Counted from the first letter of the stretch, positions 34,017 through 45,127 are shown. The stretch: 64,000 nucleotides of DNA from an uncultured virus (IMG/VR IMGVR_UViG_3300025121_000020) (IMGVR_UViG_3300025121_000020), one strand, 5' to 3'. Made by a program: numbers and translations. The notes: generated from the letters alone by a model not told the origin.

Positions 34017-34075
34017 GCGTTTCGCCGGAGTTTCACCGGCTCTTCAGCGGGGTCGCTTCGCGGAGCCCCGGACGC
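34017..34075 (-). ncRNA. type III hammerhead ribozyme
   Basis: GCGUC^CGGGG-loop-CCCCG CUGAAGA GCCGG-loop-CCGGC GAAA CGC: full core and three stems. Confidence 0.88.
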
Positions 34076-34083
34076 CCGAGGGC

Positions 34084-34347
34084 CTAGTAAGAGCATGCTC
34101 TTGAAAAGAGGATCTCTCCGTCAGGAATAGAGACGAACTCAGGATCTCCAGGCGACTCGAAGCACCCGTTGGCGTCAACGATGCGCTTCTGCCAGCCTAC
34201 ACCGGTATGGCGCACCTCGTGACGGTGGATGCCTCCCGTGGCGCGAGGGTCGCCGCCGACCTGATGGGTGTATCCGGATACTGCGTAAGTGTTCCAATGA
34301 CGCTTCTGGACTCTCATCGTCGTCTCCTCAAGTTCGGGGTTAGTCAC
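34084..34347 (-). CDS. hypothetical protein
   Basis: between promoter (TTGACA ~34393) and hammerhead. Confidence 0.55.
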   Translation of the reverse strand: MTNPELEETTMRVQKRHWNTYAVSGYTHQVGGDPRATGGIHRHEVRHTGVGWQKRIVDANGCFESPGDPEFVSIPDGEILFSRACSY

Positions 34348-34506
34348 ATTAGTAAGTTTCCAATACTATGCCGGAATAGAGTACAAATGTCAACAATATT
34401 TTTTAAGATTTTGTACCTTATCCCGGCAGGCCCCTTACTGCTTTGCGCAAGGAGGTTGACTACGGGAGAGAGACGTGCTACAAGCAAGATGCGGTTCTTA
34501 CTTAGA

Positions 34507-34539
34507 CAAGCTAGCGCTTTACCAGAGCGTTAGCTTGTT
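34507..34539. terminator. 13-bp stem hairpin
   Basis: ACAAGCTAGCGCT-ttaccag-AGCGTTAGCTTGT just downstream of terL-C. Confidence 0.5.
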
Positions 34540-34562
34540 TCCTCCCCCAGGTATAGGGTAGC

Positions 34563-35990
34563 TCACGTCGTCAGCACCCTCATCCTTTCCAACCCCACGT
34601 CCGCCAGCGCCCCCGCCACCGCGAATCCTCCCCCGAACGGCTCCCAGACTTCCAGTCCCCCGTCTCCCCTCCGGAACCCTGTCCGCAGTACGTGCGTCTG
34701 GTAGATCGCTCCCAGGCAGCACTCCGCAGGCTCTCCCGTCCCCCGCTGAGCGGGTACCAATGCGGGCTCCGGTCTCCCCCCGCAGTGCGGCACGACGGCC
34801 CACAGATCCCCCGTCGGTGGCGTCAATGTCATCCCGTCCCTGCGTCGCTCGAGGGACCACCGGAGCAATTGCGCCCGGTGAGCGTCAACGACGTACTTGT
34901 ACCCAGTCTCATCCCCCTTCAGAGCGAGCTCCTTGACCGGCTTGTCCCTCCACTTGGGGCGCGCGTCGTTGCCCCTCCAGCGGGCAAGGTAGGTCCTCCT
35001 GAACCACCGTGACCCGCGAGGCGGCTTGACCACCCGCACGTGGTCCGCGAAGTCAAGGGCGGGCTGCCAGGCCTCCCCGTCGGCGTGCACGACGCACCAG
35101 CTAGCCCCTGTTCCGAGCAGGAGCGCCAGCAGCTCCTTCCACGGGTCCTGCCAGAGGTACGCCACCGCGACGTCGGCGTCTCGGCCGTCGGGTTCGCCGC
35201 GACGAACCACGGCTAGGATGCGCACGTGCCCGTCGGCGCCGAGCCACTGGTCGGCGCCGCAACATACTGGTGAGCGATTATTGCCCGCGAGCACCGTCGT
35301 CTTACCGGTGTCCAGCCATTCTAACCCCTCAGACAGGTCGAAGTGCCCCATGCGGACGGGATACTCTACCTCCGCGTGGTACCCTAGCGCTTCCGGAGGC
35401 ACGATGGCCATGACGAGCCCGTCCCCGTCGTCTGGGGACCGCCCGTAGCGCTTCTTGTAGTCGGACTTCTGCTCGAGCTTTCGGACGAAGCTGCCCCCTC
35501 GTTGCGCGTCGACCCATCTCCGGTCCGTGATGTCCTCTTCCAGCTCCGGGGGCGGGTCCAGGATGCGCACAGTTTTGAGGCACTCGGCCGCGACCGCGTA
35601 TAATTCGGTGATGGTGTCGTAGTAGGCGGTGGGGTCGCGGGGGGTCTTGTTGTAGACGATGTCGAATACCCTGAACTCCGAGAAGAGAGAGAGTAGCTCG
35701 GGTGTGCGACGGAGTATATCGGCGGGACCGCCCCCGTACCCGCCGGAGGTATCCACGCGAACGTGGATGCGTGTGACTCCTAGCGCGGCAAGTTCCCGGC
35801 AGGTATCAGCCACGTTGGTGGCGCACTCGACGTTGCCCCCTACGTCCATCGGGAAGCGGCGGCGCCATGCGGGGTAGACGACGTCGCCCAAGCGGACGTA
35901 GAGGGTGGAGAGGTCTTCGCCGTCGCGCTGGGCGTCCAGGCCGAGGGAGGCGAAGGTGACGTCGCCGGGCCAGAGGGGGTCTAGCTGCAT
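34563..35990 (-). CDS. terL: terminase large subunit, C-terminal nuclease half plus ~280-aa extension
   Basis: LGLDAQRDGEDLS, VDTSGGYGGG, KLEQKSDYKKRYGRSPDDGDGL. Confidence 0.85.
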   Translation of the reverse strand: MQLDPLWPGDVTFASLGLDAQRDGEDLSTLYVRLGDVVYPAWRRRFPMDVGGNVECATNVADTCRELAALGVTRIHVRVDTSGGYGGGPADILRRTPELLSLFSEFRVFDIVYNKTPRDPTAYYDTITELYAVAAECLKTVRILDPPPELEEDITDRRWVDAQRGGSFVRKLEQKSDYKKRYGRSPDDGDGLVMAIVPPEALGYHAEVEYPVRMGHFDLSEGLEWLDTGKTTVLAGNNRSPVCCGADQWLGADGHVRILAVVRRGEPDGRDADVAVAYLWQDPWKELLALLLGTGASWCVVHADGEAWQPALDFADHVRVVKPPRGSRWFRRTYLARWRGNDARPKWRDKPVKELALKGDETGYKYVVDAHRAQLLRWSLERRRDGMTLTPPTGDLWAVVPHCGGRPEPALVPAQRGTGEPAECCLGAIYQTHVLRTGFRRGDGGLEVWEPFGGGFAVAGALADVGLERMRVLTT

Positions 35991-36102
35991 ACTTGCTCAT
36001 TCGGGTTGGATAGTGAGCCGTCCTGTGACACGCGAAACACGAGCGTCGAAGTGTAGGCCTCTATGATGCATTTTGGGTGTGATCCACACTTTGGGCAGCG
36101 TC

Positions 36103-38931
36103 TCATTGATACGCCAGCGCTATTACTCCAGACGCGATCACAGAGGCAGGCGCGGGAGCCAGACCGTATCTCTCGACTAGCATCGTAGTGAGCAGGAGTG
36201 CGCCTATGCCCACTGCAGGGTTGCGCGAGGTGTCGAACAGGTCTCGTGATGCGATGTCGGTGATGTCCCCACGCGAGGGGGAGGTCTCCCAGGTTTCGGT
36301 GGCCATCGCGGGGGCGAGTTGGGAGGCCTGGAGTGTCTCGAAGATCTTTTGAGCGCGGGATGTGCGCGGGCGTGACCTACCATTATTGATGTCGCCGTCC
36401 GCGAAGAGTTCGCAGCCTTCTCCGGTTATGACGGCGTAGCGCATGATGTTCCCGTTCCGGCACGTGAGCTTTGTTACCACGCACGTGTGGTCTTCCTTAA
36501 AGTGTGTGTCTACCTTCACGGGGATGCGCAAGCGCTGCGGTTCGCCACCGGGCACCCTTTGCGCAGTAGTAAAGTGGATGAGAAGGGTGTTGCCGTTGAG
36601 GATCCCTTCTCCTATCAAGTCTACTGATGGCGCATCCAACATTTGCGCTGCACAGTAAACGCGAAGAGACAAAACTCTGGGAGCGAAACCAGCGATGCAA
36701 GGCGCATCGTACCTATCACGAACTTCAGAGAGGTCCGGCAAGTCTTCTTTGCACGCGTCTAATATCCACTTCGTGAGATCCATTATGGCTCCTGCTTGCT
36801 ACCGCACATGCAAGGCGTTATCTGCCGTAAGTGCGTGTCCAATTCTTTGAGAGTGTTACAGCGCGTTTCCAGGCGCTCCGCACTCACGTATAAATCCTTA
36901 CTCTCAGTAACACCTGTCGTGAAAGTCTTATACGCAGCACGTCCTATTCTGGAGAACGCTTTCTCTAACTCTTGTTCCGTCCTTTCGATGTGTTCCTTGA
37001 GTATGCCGAGTACGGCAGATCGCCGCAGTAGGGCGTCATCTGGTGGGAATAATTTTGTAACAAAAGTATCGGTTGTACCAATCATTTCTTTACCTCAAGA
37101 AGTTGGGTGCTTACGACGACGTTTCCCCGTCTCCGCGCACGTCTCCCTTCTCAGACATCCGCATGATCGCGTGTGCCCCCAGTGCCTCCGCGCGATCTTC
37201 ACTTTTTCACCGCAGTCGCACCGTGCTGTTACTGGATTCCCTCTCCCGTCCCCCACCACAGTTAGCCGCTCGTGCGCCCTTCCGGTGAAGTCTTTCCGCC
37301 GCAGCTCGCACCCGCAGCTCACCCTCTCCCCCCAGACGTCGCGGTTGAAGGTGACGCGCTTCCCGCAGTCGCACCGGGCGCGGACGCGGTAGCCGTCCAG
37401 CTCTATGACGGTCAGGTGAGCGTGGCGGTCACGTACGTTCATACTGTGCCTCCGTATACGGCACGCAAGGCATCGTCTGCGATCCCCGCGTCACGAGGGA
37501 CGCCGTAGTGGGCGAAGAGTAGCTCTACTAGAGCGATGCGGCATGAGGGGGGTATGGCGGGGGGAGATACTACCAGCGCAGCGATGGAGTGGAGTGCTTC
37601 CAGAACAGCGTTATCCACCCGAAGGGTGCTTACCCCCATACGAGGGTGGTTCTTGAGCGCGGTGAGGAGATCTTGAGCTGTGTCTCGCCGCGTTTGAGCA
37701 GAGGACATCCTCCCCACCCCCACGATCAACTCCGCCAGTAGGAACACCTGCCCGCTCAAACGATCCGCCCGGGAGTGCAGAGGCGCAAGAACTGCATCGA
37801 GATTAGTCCCTAAAGGCTGGGTGTGCACCGCCAGCCCCATCTTGGCATAGATCGCGTCCAGGGCGGAGCGGGCGGCGCTCTCTTTGTCGGAGAGAAGGCA
37901 CAGGATGTCAGATCTGCGTAGTACGTCGTCCACAGTTATTTCGCTCCCAGTTTGAATGCCCGACACAAGGTAGTCTGCACCCAGTTGAACCTGCCGGCAG
38001 CCGCGAACCACTCTCGACGGCGCCCGTCCGGCCACCTGACAGATATCGTGCCGTGCTCCACCTGCACGACGGCGTGGGTAGCCCCGTGCTCCCACTTCTC
38101 CGGAGTGTGCAGATCCGCGAGGTACTCCCGCACCATCGGGCGGTCGTACATGTGCACGTGTGCCTGCTGTGCTTCGAACAGGTCTTCGTCGTTGAACCCC
38201 CATTTCAGGCACGACGCCGCGAGCTGGGAGTAGGTAGGCGGGTGCCTGTACTTTCGCGGCATGCTGAGCCTGCGGTCGCGGTAGGTCTGCCTGAACTGAG
38301 CGCGCTGTTGCTGGCGTGTCATGGGTGTCCCCAGAGTAGGATTAAGCAAACGCAGAGAGCCATGGAAGGGTAGAGGAGCGCCAACGTGGGGTTAAGCTCC
38401 CACCCAGCATCCTGGTCACGCTTCCGAGCACGCGCGCCGAAGCTGGACAGGTACCACAGCGCGTAGAGTAGGCGCACAGAAAGGAACGCGAGTGCCGCGA
38501 GAGTGATAGCGGTCATGCTGTCCCCCTGCAGGCCAGGAGAGCACCCAAGGCCTGGCGTTCTTCAGTGGTGTCGCGGCGGGTGTCCTGAATCCGTGCGCGC
38601 AAGGCCGACTCGTCGAGATCGAAGCAGTGCGGGGCGCAGTCGTGGGATACCGGGTATGGACGCGCCCACTCGAACATGGCCAACGTGCCGTCTGTATACA
38701 AGAATGTGTAGTCTTTCACGAGGCCTCCTCTCTGTGCGCTAAGAGCGCTTTCAAAGCCATTTCGTCTTCGGAGACGTCGCGTCCCTCCCGCGTCCCATTC
38801 GCGATCCTGGTGCGTACGGCATCTTCGTTGCAGCGAAATGTGTTGCTGGGGTATGCCCTCCTTGCTGGGAACGAAAATGTGTAGAAGGTTCCCAGAGTTC
38901 GGTACTCTGCCACATCGCCCCTCACGCCGAC
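36103..38931 (-). other. cluster of ~8 small hypothetical genes between the terL halves
   Basis: ORFs 36103-36783, 36783-37085, 37095-37442, 37439-~37940, 37936-38322, 38319-38516, 38513-~38720, 38716-38952. Confidence 0.6.
37095..37442 (-). CDS. protein of tandem CDCG...SCGC zinc repeats (as found N-terminal to HNH/AP2 phage endonucleases), no nuclease domain
   Basis: LTV...RCDCG...SCGC twice. Confidence 0.7.
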   Translation of the reverse strand: MNVRDRHAHLTVIELDGYRVRARCDCGKRVTFNRDVWGERVSCGCELRRKDFTGRAHERLTVVGDGRGNPVTARCDCGEKVKIARRHWGHTRSCGCLRRETCAETGKRRRKHPTS

Positions 38932-38951
38932 GAACTTGATCCACGGTTCCA

Positions 38952-40091
38952 TCACGCTCCCCTCGGTATCTGAAAAGCCATCCCACCCCTTTTTGCTGCC
39001 TCGAACCTCGCCGGCGGACAGAAGCACCGGCTCGACGTTTGCGCCGGCGCCCTTCCCAGCACCCGGAACGAGAACTCCTCGTCCGGCTCCCAGATTGCCC
39101 CCGGCAACCACGGCAACTCGAAGGTGTCCCGGTCCGGATCGTGCCTGTCCACCCTCCGGCACCCCTTTAGCTTGCCCATCACGTAGTCCCGCCGGACCGC
39201 GCCCTTGATCACCTCGCGCCCGCTCAGGACGTTCGGGTGCCACAGGCAGCTCAATTCCAGATTCGCCACCTGGGGCTCTGCCTTGCACCGGTGGTACCAC
39301 CCCGTTCGGCGCTTCGGATTCGCTAACATGACGATCACTCCCTGCCCGCCTGACAGCCAGGACTGGATCGGGGACCTGAACTGCTCGAGGATGCCCTCGG
39401 ACTCGTCCATGATCACTAACTGCCGCGGGGCGTGCATACCCTGCAATCGCTCCCCTCCCGTCCCGTGCGCGTCCCCCGTCACCGCGACCCTGATGTAGTG
39501 CTTCTCGCTCTCTCCGTCGCGAGGGCCGCGTATGCTCTCAGTCATCACCTTGCCCGGGAGACCCTTTCCGGACCGGAGGATCTTGATCTCCTTCAGGACC
39601 TGATCGACCACTTGCGTCTTCCCCGGCGCGACCAGGGAGATCACGCAGGGGGCGAAGCAGTCGAAGAAGTGAGAGGCGATAGCAGCCACACAGTTTGTTT
39701 TGCCGGTGCTGTGCCCACCTGGCACCCTGAACTCATTCCGTATGACGCGAGTGGGGTCATACTTTCGTAAATTCTCCGCCGTTATCTCGCCGCTTTCGTA
39801 CCGATCCCGCTCGTCTTGCGCTCGCATAGCGTCTAAATACGCGTCTACTACCTCTGCTTGCCCCGGGTGGGCGTGCCCCGGTCTCTCGCAGCACGTGCAG
39901 TTCTTTGCGCCACGCCACATCCCGATTCCGAGACGCTCCGCAATGTACCGGTGCGGGTCCCAGCGGTACGGCGCCCACACGTCTTTAGCGGCCTCCCTCT
40001 CTACTCGACTCATTACGGGAGACAGAAGGGAGGATAAGGGGGCGGGGCGGCGGTCAACGGGTGCCCTCGGGCGCGGGAGGGTGACAATCAC
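38952..40091 (-). CDS. terL: terminase large subunit, N-terminal ATPase half
   Basis: GGHSTGKT, LQGMHAP.QLVIMDESEG, MLANP; ends at linker RVLG...RFEAA. Confidence 0.88.
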   Translation of the reverse strand: MIVTLPRPRAPVDRRPAPLSSLLSPVMSRVEREAAKDVWAPYRWDPHRYIAERLGIGMWRGAKNCTCCERPGHAHPGQAEVVDAYLDAMRAQDERDRYESGEITAENLRKYDPTRVIRNEFRVPGGHSTGKTNCVAAIASHFFDCFAPCVISLVAPGKTQVVDQVLKEIKILRSGKGLPGKVMTESIRGPRDGESEKHYIRVAVTGDAHGTGGERLQGMHAPRQLVIMDESEGILEQFRSPIQSWLSGGQGVIVMLANPKRRTGWYHRCKAEPQVANLELSCLWHPNVLSGREVIKGAVRRDYVMGKLKGCRRVDRHDPDRDTFELPWLPGAIWEPDEEFSFRVLGRAPAQTSSRCFCPPARFEAAKRGGMAFQIPRGA

Positions 40092-40756
40092 TCTCCCTCC
40101 AGCTCTTCGACCTCGCGCGCCCACGCTAGCCGGAGCTGCGCGCTCTTGTCGTCGGGTAGCTCTGAGAGAGCCATCTCGAGGAATCTTACGGCGGAGTCAC
40201 GCTGCTTCACTGGGACCATATTTCCTAGTGCGAGCTGTTCCCTGGCGTCCAGGCCCAGCGCGGTGCGCATGATTTGTTGCGCGTTTCGGTACACGAGAGC
40301 CATGGATTGGGAAGGGAATACCAGACTAGGGCGCTCGTCTACCTCTTCCCAGTCTTCTAAGCGCTTCACGTCGCGCATGACGAGAGCCTGGATGCGCGCG
40401 GCACCCTGGACGTCTGCCCGCGTGATGCGAGTAATCTTGGCGCGCTCCCTGTCCCAGAGTACGGGGAGGACTCCCTTGGACGACTCGATATCCCATGCCT
40501 TGACGCGTGCTGCCCACTTGTGCCGGGCGGAGTCGAGCTCGAGCTGACGCAAGTTGACGGACATCTCCGGATAACTCTTCTTCAGCAGGCGCTCTAACTT
40601 CGCGAGAGATCTTCCCGGACCCAGGGCAAGGTAGACGACGAAGCGCCCGCGCGGCTCCGTGTTCACGCACGCGATCTCCTCCGGCGTGGGGTCCCACACC
40701 CCCCGGGGAGCCGCTTCCATCCGCTGCTGGATGTCTTGGAGCAGCGGCGCCGTCAT
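40088..40756 (-). CDS. putative terminase small subunit
   Basis: FVVYLALGPGRSL...SARHKWAARVKAWD; directly upstream of terL-N. Confidence 0.6.
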   Translation of the reverse strand: MTAPLLQDIQQRMEAAPRGVWDPTPEEIACVNTEPRGRFVVYLALGPGRSLAKLERLLKKSYPEMSVNLRQLELDSARHKWAARVKAWDIESSKGVLPVLWDRERAKITRITRADVQGAARIQALVMRDVKRLEDWEEVDERPSLVFPSQSMALVYRNAQQIMRTALGLDAREQLALGNMVPVKQRDSAVRFLEMALSELPDDKSAQLRLAWAREVEELEGE

Positions 40757-41283
40757 TGCCCCGCCCTCTGCTGCAACAGCACGAAGCGCTGCACGCTCAG
40801 TGGCAGGACTCCGGATTCCCACCGCCGTATCGACGCAGGGTGGACCTTCACCCGCGCCGCGAACTCCTTCACGGGCTCGCTACCCCGCAAGGCGGCGAGG
40901 TCGCTCCCCGGGATGACGGTCACGGCCTTCGAGTAGCGGCAGGTACTCTTGCCGTCTCGGACGTCGAGGCGTCCGGCCAGCGCGCGGGAGAGCCTGTTGT
41001 ACTCCACGCCCTTTGACGTCTTGAAGGAGTCGGTGAGGACGCTTCTTAAGACGGGGAGGGGGTCCCCCAGATAGTGAGCATCCTCGAGCAGGTTCAAGGT
41101 CAATGCCGCGGCGCGGTCCAGCGTGTTCGCCCCGTGCAGTGCGATCAGCACGTGCAGGGACGGGTCGCTGGACCCCTCCGGCAGGTGAGACAAAGAAGTC
41201 TGGATAGCCTGCACCGGGTCGGCCAAGAGGGGGATGACGTGCTGCTCGAGGGACTCGAGCAGAGGTTTTCTTGCGATTCGCAT
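40753..41283 (-). CDS. protein with C-terminal XRE-like HTH
   Basis: VKEFAARVKVHPASIRRWESG; SD AGGAGG. Confidence 0.65.
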   Translation of the reverse strand: MRIARKPLLESLEQHVIPLLADPVQAIQTSLSHLPEGSSDPSLHVLIALHGANTLDRAAALTLNLLEDAHYLGDPLPVLRSVLTDSFKTSKGVEYNRLSRALAGRLDVRDGKSTCRYSKAVTVIPGSDLAALRGSEPVKEFAARVKVHPASIRRWESGVLPLSVQRFVLLQQRAGQ

Positions 41284-41360
41284 TTAAAAAATGCCTCCTG
41301 ATAAAACACTATCAGGATTTTTAAGGTTTGTCACTACGAATTTTGACCGACCGACTGCCG

Positions 41361-42614
41361 TTACTTCTCAGCCGGAGGCATCGGTGTGAAGAAGCGGGTT
41401 TCTTCCATTTCCAGGACTCGAAGTCTCGCGGTCAGCTCCTTCTTCTCCGCTTCTCGTGTTGCTGCTCTCCGCTTCGACAGAACAGTTTGGTACTCTTCCG
41501 GCACAGGCACGCCGAATTTTTCCGCGGCGGTCAAAATTGCTTCGCTGGGTACCTTCGAGAAACGTTCAGAGATCATCCTTCGGACTTTCGCAAGAGCATC
41601 TTCTTCGGATGTGCAGGGAACGACAGTGGTGTTACCTTCGCTTCCGTCTCGGTACCGGTTGAGATTCCACTCCATGCGCCCATTCGCCACAGTCAAGGTG
41701 AGCGCGGAGAGGTCGTCCTCGCTCAAAACAAGGATCCGAAAAGTATCCACATGCTCATAGGCGAAGTAGGTGATTTCACCGTTAAGGTACTGTTCCAGTT
41801 GAAGGAAGCATAGTTTCGTAGTGGTGTCCATTGCTTCTCCTTTCAGGGGTGCTCAGCCAGCACACGCTACAGGTACTGCGCACGGTACCAGCGCCGCGCG
41901 AGCAGTCGGGTCCCCCTCCAGCACTTCTATCCTCGCGCGCAGTTTCCTCAGCTCATCTTCCCGCGCAGCCAGCCTTCCGGCGACGAGGGCAGCTTTGTAC
42001 TCTTCCGGCACGGGTACGCCGAACTTTTCCGCGGCGGTCAAGATCTCTTCGGAGGGTCGCTCGCAGAAGTGCGCGGCGATCATGCCTTTGAGTGTCTCTA
42101 CGGCTTCCGCTTCACTGGCGCAGGGGGCAACGGTCGTGTTATGACCGCTTCCGTCCCGGTAGTGGTTGAGGCGCCACTCCAAGTTACCTTCCGTCGTGCC
42201 GTAGAGAGTGAGGAGCTTCAGGGCGCGCTTGTCGTCCGAGCACTGGAAGTCTTTTCTCGTCATGATGCGGAATTGCCCGTAGTCCTCTGTGACGAGGTGC
42301 GTGATCGCGTTGTCGAGGTACATCTCGAGCACGCGCGTCTGCCGCAGCGGGCGGAACTTGGCGAGCTTGGCGTCGCGCTCCTTCTCCAGAGCGGCCACTT
42401 CTGCGTGGAGGGCCTTCTTCTGCGCAGCCAGCTCGGTGATGCGCTCCTCGAGCTTCGTGATGCTGGCGTGCTGCCGAACGGCAGGAGGGGAGGCGAAGAC
42501 GCGGTCGACGCAGAAGGGATCGGAGGAACCCCCTTCTTCAAAGAGGGAGCGAACGACGTGTCCGCCATGAAAAGAGGTGATGATGGTGACTTCGATTCCG
42601 TCTTCCAGAAACAT
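41361..42614 (-). CDS. two tandem paralogous hypothetical proteins (41361-41831, 41853-42614)
   Basis: shared EW.LN.YRDGS...ILTAAEKFGVPVPEEY. Confidence 0.75.
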
Positions 42615-43072
42615 AGTATCTTCTCCAGAGTTAGGGACCCTTCACCCACGGTAGGGGTAAGAGGATCTCAAGGAACTTTTTCGCATGCTCGCGGTGCGCA
42701 AGCCAGCGTGCCTCTCTCTCTTCCGCGGGCAACGGCGCGATGTCAGGCCGTTTCATGAAGGCATCGCGGATAGCTTCTTCCGGGAGTAATTCTTGCAGCC
42801 GATTCAAAGTGCTCACTGTGTTACCCTTCAAGGTTTGTCAAAGGCGCCAACAACAGCTCTCAGCGCCAATTCGCGCGCGAAGTAGCTGATAACGGAACCC
42901 GCATTGCTCCGCGCCCACTGGGAAGTCAGTGCGCGAGTTAGAACTCCCCGGCGTTTCGCGAGGGTGTCGAGACCTTTCACGTAAGCGTAGCATCGCAGCT
43001 CCCGCATGCACCGCTGGCGAACTTCGGTTGCGCTCAAGTATCGCCCGTGAAGGGTAGTTATGCCTAGCACGC

Positions 43073-43384
43073 TTAGCATTCCCACTCCATGTGATAAGTC
43101 ACCTTGTCCCCCTCAACGCGTATTGTCGTGTCCACTTTGACGTCGTACCCGTCCAGCTCGTAATACCCGCAAACATCTTCAGGCGACGGGGTCCCGCCAC
43201 ACTCCGCGAGGGGCACGGTGACGTCTGCGGCGCCGGCGTCCGCCTCGAATTCGAGGCGGTGGTCCATTCCCTTTGCTCCCCAGAACTCGAAAGGACCGAT
43301 ACCGTTGTCAACGATGCGGCCAGTTGCCGCGGTAGTGAAGGCGTCAGAGGCGAGGTCTTCGATGTAAAGCATGGTGCGCTCCAA
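43073..43384 (-). CDS. hypothetical acidic phage protein
   Basis: DNGIGPFEFWGAKG; downstream of a strong promoter. Confidence 0.6.
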   Translation of the reverse strand: MERTMLYIEDLASDAFTTAATGRIVDNGIGPFEFWGAKGMDHRLEFEADAGAADVTVPLAECGGTPSPEDVCGYYELDGYDVKVDTTIRVEGDKVTYHMEWEC

Positions 43385-43573
43385 AGAGAGTTTAGGCTAC
43401 TTTTTAAGATTGTGTGCTAAAAAGGAAAATTTGTCAACTTTTTTGTTGATAATTTTTAAGATTTCGCGTACTTCTTACAGAAGGGAGCCCGGCACTGAGC
43501 CTCCTTAATGATCGAGTTTTCGAGTTTCACTGTTTAATGATCGAGTTTCACTGTTTGCACACTGGAGTACCTT

Positions 43574-45127
43574 TTGCTCACCCCCCGCCCTTACCAGACC
43601 CGCATCCTCGATCAACTCCGCCGCTGGAAGCGCGTCTCCAATCTCTCCGACCCCGGCACGGGCAAGACCTTCGAGACCGGTCTCTACCTTCTCGACCAGG
43701 GCGAGCATCCCGTCATCCTTGCCGCTCCGGACACGGTGATCCCGGACTGGTGCGAGATGTTTCGCGATACCTGGCCGGATCATAACTGGGTAGACTGTCG
43801 GTCAGGAAAAAAGGGGGTCAAAGAGCTACTAAAGCTGCTTGGGGGTACTACCCCTGCCGGGAGGCACATCTTCGCGACTACCTCTGACTTGCTTCGCTCG
43901 AAGCTCGAGATCCGAGGGGAGGCCCACTCCCGCGTCGATTGGGCCACCATCAACCGCTTGCGGGGCCTGGCACTCGTGGTCGACGAGTGCCACCTCGTCA
44001 CCCGTCCTGAGTCGACGCGAGGTCGTGTGCTCCGCGCTCTGGCGGGACGGTGTGACGTGGTGGCGGCACTGACGGGAACGCCGATCGGGCGGGACAAGCA
44101 CGCCCGTGCGTGGGGGCACACGCAGTTGGTCGCGCCGTGGATCCTAGACCACTATGGAGTCAGGGACTACCGAGGCTTCAAGATCCGGTACTGCGAGTGT
44201 GAGGACACATCGGGGCGCGTCGTCCCCGGTGGACCGATCGTCAGGTGGGTGGACGAAGAGCGCGTCAAGAGGGAGCTTCTCGAGCCGCAGGCCGCGTACA
44301 CGGCGTACGTCTCGAAGGCGGAGGCGCTTCCAGACCTCCCCCCGCAGATCTTCTATCGGAGGTACACCAGCCTGCGGGGGGAGCCGAAGCGCATCTACGA
44401 CCAGATGGAGAAGGAGCTGCGGGTCGTGCTCGCAGACACCGTCCTCAAGACCCCGGGCGTCGCGGTCGCCATGGCGCGGTGCCTCGAGATCGCGTCTGGG
44501 TGGGTCGAAGGTCGCGTGGTGCACTTGGGTAAGATGGAATTGCTGCGCGACTGTTTAGAGGAGTTCGGAGACGAGCCGAAGTCCTTGTGGTGCACGCGGA
44601 CGCGGACGCTGCTGTCTGCGGCGCTGGTGGCGGCTGGAAGGAGTCCGGAGGAGGCGATGCGGCAGGTGGCGGGGGTGCCGGCGGTGGGCACCACAAACAC
44701 TGAGGAGAGGGAGGAGGGGGAGTTAGGCACCTCTGTAGACGCCTCTTCCCCAGAGTACCGCCAGGTGATCCGCGACGCGTGGCGCGCGGGGGTGGGTATC
44801 CTGCACGGGGCTACGTCTTCGGCGGGGAGGGAACGGATTCTTGCGGATTGGAAGGAGGGGAGAATCCGCACGTGCGTCCTGCACCCCAACGTTGGTGGAG
44901 CGGGGCTGAACCTCCAGCACGTGGCGCTGTCGATGTACGTCGAGCAGTGCCCCGGGTCGATACAGCGCACGCAGTCACTGGCGCGTCATCACAGGTCGGG
45001 GCAGACGAGGCCGGTGGTGACGGTGGACCTGCTGGTGGAGGGGACGATCGAAGGGAGAGTGCTGAAGGCGCATGAGGGGGAGAGGGAGGGGGAGGTGGAG
45101 CTGATGGAGTATTTCAGGGGGGAGTAA
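43574..45127 (+). CDS. SNF2-like (SF2) helicase
   Basis: PRPYQ, DPGTGKT, VVDECH, LTGTP, GGAGLNLQ, QSLARHHRSGQ. Confidence 0.92.
   Translation: MLTPRPYQTRILDQLRRWKRVSNLSDPGTGKTFETGLYLLDQGEHPVILAAPDTVIPDWCEMFRDTWPDHNWVDCRSGKKGVKELLKLLGGTTPAGRHIFATTSDLLRSKLEIRGEAHSRVDWATINRLRGLALVVDECHLVTRPESTRGRVLRALAGRCDVVAALTGTPIGRDKHARAWGHTQLVAPWILDHYGVRDYRGFKIRYCECEDTSGRVVPGGPIVRWVDEERVKRELLEPQAAYTAYVSKAEALPDLPPQIFYRRYTSLRGEPKRIYDQMEKELRVVLADTVLKTPGVAVAMARCLEIASGWVEGRVVHLGKMELLRDCLEEFGDEPKSLWCTRTRTLLSAALVAAGRSPEEAMRQVAGVPAVGTTNTEEREEGELGTSVDASSPEYRQVIRDAWRAGVGILHGATSSAGRERILADWKEGRIRTCVLHPNVGGAGLNLQHVALSMYVEQCPGSIQRTQSLARHHRSGQTRPVVTVDLLVEGTIEGRVLKAHEGEREGEVELMEYFRGE

Noticed and set aside
35982..39000. 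Precise excision via GCAGC repeats restoring terL
   Set aside because: The join is out of frame, the repeat is only 5 bp, and there is no recombinase in the gap
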